The notes under the pieces: model-generated
The model's input: the letters and a program-made list of their open reading frames with translations, nothing else
Databases searched by the model: none
Told to the model about the DNA's origin: nothing
Position numbers and translations under genes: made by a program
Assembly: GCA_040357565.1 (NCBI GenBank)
Contig: JBDODJ010000025.1
Origin: Cercozoa sp. M6MM
Lineage: Eukaryota > Protista > Endomyxa: Ascetosporea
Length of the DNA: 64,000 bases
Direction: 5' to 3' (one strand)
Part shown: positions 54,544-64,000 of the stretch, in pieces
How positions within the stretch are numbered: position 1 is the stretch's first letter
Layout of the letters: every line of letters begins with the position of its first letter

Positions 54544-56748
54544 CGTGAGCGAGTGTTGCGACAGCATCTCAGACGACAGGCGCACCTGCAATACAGGAGG
54601 GTAAAAAGCTAAATAGGCAAACTGGAAGGAGATTCAATACGGTGCGCAGGGCGTCCGTGTCGGTGACATCGCGCACAGAGACGAAGCGCGCGCCGTCGTC
54701 GCCTTTGTCGCCACCGATCGTTTCTTCATCACTCAGATTGACGGTTTCTGCAGAGAGACACAACACTCTGCCAGGCACGTGCAGCACTGGCCACTCGGGC
54801 GACGGTTTTCCTCTGATACATAGGTATAAAGAAACAGCAGAACGAGGTACAAGTGTAGTGTACAGCTGATCGCCGATTTGCGACGGTTTCACCGACGGTG
54901 AGAACAACGAGGAAACCGTAGTTTTGATCGTGTCGCCAACCATGTCGATCACATCGCTCGGACGCTCCAAGCGCGTCGCCACGTGTCGCGACTGCTCGGC
55001 GCGATCTGTCAGAAAGCGTCCAGCCACGGTGCGAATCACTTGATCGCTCCACTCCAGTCGACGCAGCTCCTGAAACAGTGATCGCGCACTCGCCACACTC
55101 AGACGTGGCACCACTATACACGGCATATATGGGAAAATGAGCAAGGGAAAAAAGGTAACCTACCATCTGCAGAGTTCACAATCGACGTCACAAACGGACG
55201 CATCTTTTGGGCTAGCGATTCGTCCACTATACAAAAGATAAAGTGTAAGAACGGAGGTCGAAACACAGACAGTACCGCACGGAGGCGAGCCGAATGTGAC
55301 AGCGGAAACATCAACGGTGCCAAAAACTTCGCCGAGACGACCGAGCGCCGATCCACACAGTTTCTGTCTCAACTGCAGCGCCAATAGGCCCGCACACGCA
55401 CCTCCCAGACTGTGTCCGACGCACCTAAGCAACAGGGGTAAATAGATAAGAGGGGATGCAAAGACAAACTGTACTGGATAGTGTTGAAGCCGGCAGGCAC
55501 AAGCACATTCGTGATGAGGTCTTCAGTGTCGTCAAAGAGGTTCTTGCTTGCGATCTGTATGCCACTGTGCACGCTGTGTTTGCTTTTGGAGTCGGAGTCA
55601 CCATCGCTTAGTGTTATGTTGGAGGCACGAATCAGCATGTTGGTCACGACGTCGTGCACCTGCCACGTGCCACGCACCACCACTACGGCGCGTTTCTCCG
55701 CAACATTGTACACGATCAAGTGACCTAGTTCACATAGGCAAAGTTACCTAGCTACACGTGCATACATTTTAAAACAACGCACCAGGACGCAACGCGTCGC
55801 TCTCTTTCGACTCGTTTCGCAGCACCTTCCAGCCCTCCTGTGTACCACAGCAAAACACAACATGACTTGAGTCCAGCTAAGTTGAGTTGTCGAGTTATGC
55901 TTACAGGAAGTGCGAGTGTTGGGTGATACGCCAGATCGGCCAGTACCGCCAGCAGCGCCACATCGCGCGGCAGTAACTCCGCATATACTGGCAGTGTTTG
56001 CGGAATTCTCTTCAAGTCCTCGGAATTCTTCAGGAAGGCCCAAGAACGCTCGAGGAAAGAACGGTGCGCGAGTTGCTCAAGAACATCGAGAAGCGCATGG
56101 CCAACCATCGTTTCGTCCCGTTTGCCTTGCTCCGACGAGCCTTTCAGCAAGCTCTCACCGTGCTGCTGGCGGAAACAATTCAAATCACGTCGCAACTCAG
56201 TGAAGTTTCCAGTTTTCGAGAATTTCCGTGCGATCGCACGGATTTCGCGTCGCTGAGCCGATCGCACACTGCTTTGCTGCTCCTACGAGGCAAAAGCAAG
56301 GACATCACAAAACGTGCGAAGCAGGGGTCGAAAGAGCAATCTCACCAAATAGCAAAGCAAGCCAAGAGTCATGTCACCGAGCGATACATCAGTTTCGCTA
56401 AACACAACACAGCAAACACAGCATTTACACAACTGACAGCCAACATGAAAACAAATAACGATACAGAATGCCCACGCGGGCTGCGTCCAAGTATGTCTTC
56501 GCAATCTCTTTCAACAGAAAGTCGGTCCGCGCCGACGCCAGCGTTTCTCCAGTGTCTGCAGCCGAGTCACTCTTCTCGGCTTCCTTCGCTCGTTCCCCGG
56601 AGCGGTTGAATAGTTGACCCAGGTCGGACCATTGGATTGCATTGATTTCGTTGATAACTGGTGTGATTTTGCTAATCTGCACGAAACAGCATTTCCCATT
56701 TCCCGCATTCTGCACGAGCAAAATACAATTATACCAGGGTGCGCACAT
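54544..56748 (-). CDS. class 3 lipase (DAG-lipase-like); ends approximate
   Basis: Contains LADLAY, VVVVRGTWQVHDVVTN, HSGI, the nucleophile elbow VGHSLGGACAGLL, TFGSPPC and IVPRLS. Confidence 0.85.
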
Positions 56749-56906
56749 TACGCGGTCTTAGGCGCCACATCATATCATACGCTGGCACATTAAGCGCGCA
56801 GATAGCCAAAGATCTCTAAATTCGGGAGCTGGGTTTGCATTTGATCGCGAAACGCAAACAGCACAGCATCATTCATTGCTTTGGAGCAATAAGGCTCTTC
56901 TTAATC

Positions 56907-58637
56907 TTATACAGTATCCATTTCACATGACGTAGCACCGAGAAGCTTCCTTTTGGACTGGGCTGCGCGTGCTGCTGGACGACGACTGGGGTTGGTACAG
57001 CGACTCGATCCGCGAGCGTGTGAATGACAGCCCGTCGATGGCCGCACTTGCCTATTCACACCCATCATGCGTAAAGTACCAAAAACCCCAGCTCCTGACA
57101 AGACTACGTACGTATCGGGACAGCAGGATATTGAAAGCGATCTCATCCGAGTCACGTCTTGCTGGACAAGAGACGAACTCCTCAATGACGCCAAGTATTT
57201 CAGGCGGAACGTATCTGTCTGTCGCCTGCTCTGCAAAGCTTCTGTGCAGAGCACATTTTCCTCAAGTCATGAGATCAGTGCAAAAGACTGAAAGAACGAA
57301 CTTGAGGTTTGTATCCGGAAACTGTCGCGATATGTAGTCTTGCAATCGTCGCCACGTGCCTCGAGAGCGACTTTCAAGTTCGCAGCGCGGCAGATTCCAC
57401 TGGGAAGATAAAAATATAGAAATTTTCTGTCGAAACCGAACTTCAAAATTAACGGAAGTTACAGGTGCGATCTCGAGTGTCCACGAGACCCACTCGTCGT
57501 CTCGCTGTGTGCTCAAACCAGCACTGTTCGCTTCATCTGAAAACCGCGCGGATTCATGTATTAACAAGTGACAGAGTGTGATAAAGGAGATAGATACCAA
57601 AGCTTCCCTCGCGACGAAATGGCAACAGCGTTAAGGCATTCAAAAACAAGCGTGCTTCGGTTCTCTGGAGCTCAACCATCGAAAAATCTCCAGGTCTTGA
57701 ATGGAGAAGCAATGTAGAACAGTACATTCACTGAACGACACACGAAGCTAACAAACGCCAACAGACGCGACCACAGCAGTAAGTGACGCAATTCACTGAA
57801 TACGTGTGTTGAATGCAACTACTTCAGTGTTTTCACATGCATGAGGGAGTATTTTACACATCCGAGGTGGACTCATTCATGGAGTCAGTGCAGCACCTGC
57901 ACACGCGTAACTAGTGAGGAAAAACGAAGCTAAAGCTAAACTGAGAGAGATACCGCCATGTGCTGGCGGCGACATCGCTGAGATGCTGCAGAAACAGCGC
58001 GCGTTCGTCCTCATTTAGCACTGTTTCCAACTGCACGCATGACAATCGGGAGGCACCACTCACACCACGGGGTAAAAAAGCCTACCCCAACACTCGCACA
58101 GGCGAGAACTGCGTCAAGGAACGAACGAACAAAAGTGGAACGACACTGAATTTCCTCAAGTTGACTAAAGTTAACAACAAGCGACAAATGAAACATTAAA
58201 AAAAAAAAGAAACACATCTCTCGATGTAAGTTTACCTCCACCCATCCAACGACCGGCAGAATTCTGCTTCATGGTCGGCAAAGTGCATTAAATCCAGCGC
58301 TATCTAATACAAGGCATTGATACCTGTATACAAACGATCAGCTATGGTGCGTGTACCAACACTTTTCCTTTATCATCCATCTTTCCCAGAGCGCCCGCGA
58401 AGAAAAATCCTTCTGCTGGGTCTGCGCACCAGAACTTCACTGCGACTGTATCGGTCACGCTTGTTTTATTAGTGATCCCAAACAGCTGACAGGCCGTGGG
58501 CACGACTACAGTCCTGTAGGATTGATTGTTGTGCCACTGAGAGACCAAAGATCAATCAGAGTCACATGGGCTTCGTGCACTACGTCGCGTGGCTGGTTGC
58601 TGTTCCGTGCTCAGGGTTCTGTCAATCACAATCATCG
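56907..58637 (-). CDS. hypothetical protein (multi-exon; ends approximate)
   Basis: Protein-like minus-strand exons (58342, 58011, 57262, 56907 ORFs). No family recognised. Confidence 0.35.
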
Positions 58638-58744
58638 TGTTGGCGCGAGTAAACGAACATCTTAAACAGCCCAGCAACAATCCAATTGGAGGACGGGAAG
58701 CAGAGTTTTCATTTTTAGATTTGACAGCCCGGCGTTTAACTAAG

Positions 58745-60665
58745 CTATTGACGAGCGCTTTGTCTCTGCTCGATGAGACCACGCTCCACCCGCAAAAAGG
58801 CGCCGCTTTGCACCAGCGCCGAGTCATACTGCAGAACCCCTGAGTTTTCCGCACGGACACAAGGAAAAAGAGAAAACACACCTCCAATCGCGTCAAATCA
58901 AACAGGAGCAATGCTGCAGACAATTCAGACTGCAAACGCGACTCACGCAGGTCGAATTCCATCGTAGCTGAGCCGTACTCGTTCTAAATACGAAGCGAAG
59001 TCACCATAGAAAATCAAATAATAAATAAAGCAACGAAAAAAAGAACTACCTTCACAGACACGTATTCTTCGCAAAGGGTCGCTTCGGTGAGCTGTCGCGC
59101 CGTCAGCACGCCGTCATGCGCCTGCATTGGGAGGAACCATTACTAAACGAAACAATGTGGAAAATTGCGAAAGCTACAGCGAGTGCGATGATAAGCGATT
59201 TCGAGCGCTCCGCAATCCATTCCTGCCGCACCAAACTCGACCAAATCAGACCAAAAAGAAACTTTAACAGCACAGCGAAAAAACAACTTACGACAGCAGC
59301 GAGTTCAAACGGCGACATTTTATCCAGGTACTCTGTCAAACAATCAAAACTCACCCGAGATATTTTAGTTGTTTCAAGTTGGGACACCTTTGATGAGCGG
59401 CCAGTGCTTGGCGTTCAAGTCGAATGCCTTGCCATCGCCCAACGTGGCTAAACAAAGCATTCAGTCGAAAGTTTAATTCGCAAGAGGGGAGATATAGTAC
59501 CAGCCAGCATAGACATGACGTCGTCCTCCAGCTCAATGTCAAACTTGTCCTCGCACCACTCCATCAGCGGGTCCAGGGTCTCCGTGAAGGCGGCCCTGTT
59601 CAAGACACAACCGTGCTATTCAATAAGAAAACACGAAAGCGATGTACTTGGCACGCGGTGACGGGTCGAAATCGCGGTTCACGACGCTGTCGTTGAGCCA
59701 GAAGTCCTCGAGACGCTCGAGACACTAAGGGAACAGAAGGTAGAAAACACGGCTACAAGAGGCAAAATGCGAACCTGGATTCGAGAACTCTGCGCACTGT
59801 TGATCGGGAACAGTAGCTGCTCGAGAGCCCTGGTGACCACCATGGTGAGCGGCATGGCACCCGCCGCTGCCAGCTTCCACTGCGACTCGAACTCGCCGGC
59901 CAGAGCCACTGCCAGCGCCGGCCACGGCACACTCAGCGGAATACTACGTATGCACATATAACACACAGAGGTATATCTAGTCCACGTGGGGTACGATCGA
60001 GCGGCCGTGGTAATGAAGCGGCCGTCGACACGCGGCGAAAGCCAGCCCGGCACCAGGGGCGACTCACCTACATTGCACGTACCCTCACCTGTCTGCAGTT
60101 CAGTACATCTCCGTTCAAGTACCAATATCGACGAAGCGGTACATGCGACGGCGATCGCCAGAAACACGCAGCGTACGCAGCGAGTAACGTCGCATGCCTA
60201 GTTACCGACACATTAGTTTCAACCGTATAACCCCCCCCCCCCCGAAAGCAGTAAGACGTACCCGGCATCAGCATGGTTTCGAAGGTATCGGCACCACCAC
60301 CTGTAAGTCGGCAGTAAGGTACAACACTAGTATATGTTTAGGGTACCCGTGTTCTCGGGAAAGCGCGCATGCACGTCGGCGGACACCTGCAGAAACACCT
60401 CGGCCGGCGTCATCTTCTCGTACGACAGACGCACACCCGACGACGAAAAGTCCAGCTACAAATTCCAAAAGCGATAAACAAAGACTGAACACCCCACGAC
60501 GAGAATCTAACTCACGTCATTGTCGATCAGATCGTCGCCCAGATCCAGCGGCGGCTCCTGCGACGACGACGAGGTCGTGTCTGCCTGTGTCGACAAAATG
60601 CGCCTTGCGCTGCATACCGCTGTCACGCGCGATTTAAGCGCCTTACGTGCCGCACTAAGCATCAT
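58745..60665 (-). CDS. ATP12: mitochondrial F1-ATPase assembly chaperone ATP12 (ATPAF2), divergent
   Basis: Presequence MMLSAARKALKSRVTAVCSARRILS, then VDGRFITT..LSVPWPALAVALAGEFESQ...MPLTMVVTRALE, DPLMEWCEDKF, MSPFELAA..RSKSLIIALAV and FDLRESRLQSELSAALLLF. This matches ATP12 motif order. Confidence 0.75.
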
Positions 60666-60947
60666 GGCTAATGGCACACACTATGGCACACACTAGTTTC
60701 CCTGTCCAGCAGCCAGCGGTTTGACCACTAATTTTTTTTTATTCACCCTGCGCTCCTTCCATTCCCGGTTTCAGTATTCTGGGTTTATTACACGTTTTGT
60801 TCGGCGCTCCGTTGTGTAGTGAGCGTGCTATAGTTTTTGGGAGTGCCTTAGCAAAGTTCCGGGCGGAGATGCAAAAATACAAATATTCACCGACACGGAG
60901 AAGACACTGCGAGCTATGAAGAGTCGGGGCGCACTTGCCGAGCTAGC

Positions 60948-63900
60948 ATGCTGAGTGAAACCGCATCGTCTTCCTCCGAGCCAGATCGTTGCGATTTGGA
61001 GTCGCAGCGGGTTGAACCAAAGCCAGGCGATCACAAGAGTGATGTCTCTTCCAGCGACTTGGGCTGCCTCAACGAGTTTGACGAGGAAGAGTTTCGTCCA
61101 GAGTCGCCGCTTGTGCTCTGGGAGAAGGGAGTGCGTTTCGTAAAAACTGCAAACATCACAGGGTCAAGCAGTGTGCCAGAGACGGAAGAAAGCGAGAACG
61201 AGGATGTGCATGCGTTCGACTTTGTCGTGCAGCCCACGGCGACGCCTTCTGTCGTCGACGCAGGTGCGTTGCGCGCCATGCATCGCACTGGTCGGGTACC
61301 CCTTTCAAATGCTCATGAAATCGGCCGATTCAACTGTTTTGATTGTGCTTTAGGCTGTTGCGCCGGCTTCGTTGGCAGCGACGCTTCCTCTGGCGACTGA
61401 AGCTGAGCGAGCCCGATGGTACTCACTTAGAATCTCGAATTTTCACTGCAATCTTAACAACTCTTCGCTGACTTCATTTGCTTCGCTTTGTTTTTGTGAA
61501 GCTTTCGTGACGAAGCAGTTCGCGCTGTCGCTTTCGACGAGGTCGGCGACTGGAAGTGGCGACGCGGCCGCTTCGAGCGCGAGTTGCGGCTCGTGCCGCG
61601 TTATTTGGACGCTCCGAATCTCACGACAACGAAAGCTTCGAGCGAAGCAACTGAAGCAAAGCGAAAGAAAAGCGGCGACACTTTGGGCGAAGCAGTCTCG
61701 TTCTTGACTCCGATGGTGTGGACTCCTGCCGAGCCGCCGATGCCGCACACGATGACTGACAGCGACGCCGAAAACGTCGAGTGTGAGCTGCGTCTTCGAT
61801 TGCTTCGACTGCGCTTCTCGGATCTCGCTTTGTTCAGCGCCGAACATACGCTAGTTGCTCGGATTCGCGAGTCGCTTCGCGAACTGCAGCAGCGCGAGCG
61901 AAGTCACCGGATCGAAGCACTTGAATCGCGCATTCGCGGTCTTGCTGTTCATCTCAAGGATCGCGAGTTCGACATGCACTCTTGCTTGGGTACTTTTACT
62001 TCGTCAAAGCGTTCACTTTCACTCAAAGCTTTGCTTCACTTTGATTCGAAGTTTTGCTTCACTTTGACTCGAGTTTTGCTGTTTTGGCAGAGCTGGAGCC
62101 GCTTCGAAACCGCGCGCTCACCGTGCTCAGTTTACTCAAGCAGCGACGCGAGTTGGATCGCGAACGACGACGCCAGTGGTCGCTTTTCACACGAACGTAT
62201 CTTGCTTGGCAGGAACTCGTGCGCTTGCGCAAGGAACAAGGCTGGCAGAGCACGAGTTTGTCGCTCAAAGTGCGGCGACGTGCTGATCGCCTTCTCGATC
62301 TTGAGAAGGACGAACAGCATCAGAAAAACGAAGTGCAAGACGCGTTGCATTTGAAATCTCTGTTATCTTCGAGGTAAGTTGTGTGAAACTTTTGCTTTTG
62401 AGAAAACCGAAACTAACGCTGGCCTTTGCAGTTCGAAGAGCGAGGCAGAGTCGCTACTGGAGAGTGAAGTGAGCGAAGAAATCGAAGAGCAAGCAATGTG
62501 TCACGAGTTGAAACACGCAATTGCTCGCCTGTGTCAGGAAGAGCAGAAGGAGGAGGAAGAAGAAGATGAAGCAAGCGACGAAACGAAAGCGAAACGCGCA
62601 GTTTTGATTCTTGAAGATCTTTTTGGCGAAAGCGACGATTCGCTCTTGCTCGTCGAGCAAGAGTTCGACCGTGCAGTGGCGAAAGTGTTGCTTCAGCGAC
62701 GAAAAGCGCCGTGCGAAGCTGTTGCTTTCTGTGGTGTCGACCGTCGCTCTTGTATGCTTGGATTGTTTTTGATTGACTTGAGTTGCTTCAGTTGCTTGTT
62801 GCTTTGCTTCGACATGAGTCGAGTTGAGTTGCTTTGCTTTAGGTTTATTCCTTGCTTGCAGTTGGTGCCTCGCGGCAGCGACCGTTGCGCTTGCTGATTT
62901 CGAGCAAAGCGACACAGGTGAGCGAAGCAGTTCACTGCACACTCGATGAGCGAGAACGTCGTCGTCAGGTGAGTCGCTTGAAAGTGGCTCTGCGACTTCG
63001 TGTCGACGAGCGAACAGTGTGGCACTCGCCTCTGCTGCCGCTTCGCCAGGATTTCGAAATCAATTTCAATGATTTCGAGTGCGACGATGTGTCGCTGCGC
63101 TGTTTGCGAAAGCAGCGCGATTCACTTCGAGTCGAAATGCAACTTGTGCTTTATCGCGGCTGGGCTTTCCTGGGAACACTCTCGAACGGCGCTTTCGGCG
63201 GTCGCATCGTCGACAGTGCCGCTGTCGCTGTGCCGCAAAGCGAAACGTCGCAACTGCAACAGCTTTCATTTCACGGAGCGAAACTCGGCGAAGCGAAACT
63301 CGGCGAAGCAAAACTCAGCGAAGCGAAACTCAGCGAAGCGAAACTCGGCGAAATCAATTTCGACGAAGCGAAACTCGGCGAGTGTGTGCGTCGCGAGTGC
63401 GCCGACTTGATGCTGCGTCTGCAATGGCACGTGCCAAAGCTTTCGCACGGTGCCGCAACCGTCAGTCACACAGACAACTGGCGTAGTTTACCTCCCCTCT
63501 TTACCCTCTTACCCCCTACCTCCCCTCTTTACCCCTCTTACCCCCCCCCCCACAGCATCGCAGGTGCAAGCAGAGACGCTGTCGAAATTCGGCGACGACG
63601 AGGACTGCGCTGATCCGCGATTGCGACTGAGTGAAACGCCAGTGATCGATCATGATCGGTTGGGTGATCGGTCAGGTGGTCAGTCAGGTGGTCGGTCAAG
63701 TGATTGGTCAGGTGGCCCGCGCGGACAGGCCTGTCGCGTGTCGGCACTGGCGCCGTCGCTGGTACTCGACACTGTCGACAGTTTTCGCCGGCGCGTGCTG
63801 TCGGTGCGACACCTCGTCCGCGCGGACGCAGGAGAAACGCCGAGCGAGATGGCCGTGCCGCTGCGCGATTGCGACATTGACGTCGCCGTGGCCGAGACGG

Positions 63901-64000
63901 TTTCGCTGCTACTGCCATCCGCGCGGACGCAAAACGAAACCGACTGTCAGAAAACGCACCGTGGTGGGCAGTTTTACTTTTACCCCCCTGTTTACCCCCC
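60948..64000 (+). CDS. CC2D2A: ciliary transition-zone protein CC2D2A/MKS6, 5' part
   Basis: LRFSDLALFSAEHTLVARI, WQELVRLRKEQGWQSTSLSLKV and ERERRRQVSRLKVALRLRVDERTVWHSPLLPLRQDFEINF follow the CC2D2A N-terminal/C2 motif order. The gene runs off the window. Confidence 0.75.
63278..63381 (+). repeat. 15-bp tandem repeat in a CC2D2A exon encoding (AKLGE/AKLSE)n
   Basis: About 6 copies of gcgaaactc[ga]gcgaa, in frame. Confidence 0.85.

Noticed and set aside
63278-63381. Pentapeptide-repeat (Qnr/MfpA-like) domain
   Set aside because: Only about 6 units, near-identical at the DNA level, which points to a recent tandem expansion rather than a beta-helix domain.

Overview
Gene-dense genomic DNA from a eukaryotic protist, in a draft assembly with six 100-N gaps. 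It uses the standard genetic code, with TAA, TAG and TGA all serving as stops, and carries many short (about 30-200 nt) GT-AG introns. Gene models were spliced by hand. Recognisable genes are an RlmM/FtsJ-like methyltransferase, a GAF-type free Met-R-sulfoxide reductase, a ZIFL-like MFS transporter, an F-BAR plus RGS protein, HPPD, ETF-QO, CCDC40, an ankyrin-repeat protein, ELP1, NAT9, a class 3 lipase, ATP12 and the 5' part of CC2D2A. Together they imply an aerobic, mitochondriate organism with a flagellated stage. There are also several orphan secreted or GPI-anchored proteins and one or two LTR-like elements. Three signals remain unexplained. (1) The 10-bp palindrome TCCGCGCGGA occurs 11 times, all inside ELP1 and CC2D2A and in all three reading frames, resembling HIP1. 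(2) Introns are filled with zone-specific simple-sequence 'dialects' (TTACCCCC, TTTGC, GTTGA and others), mostly oriented with transcription. (3) Splice donors are GTAC-biased and mostly lack +5G.
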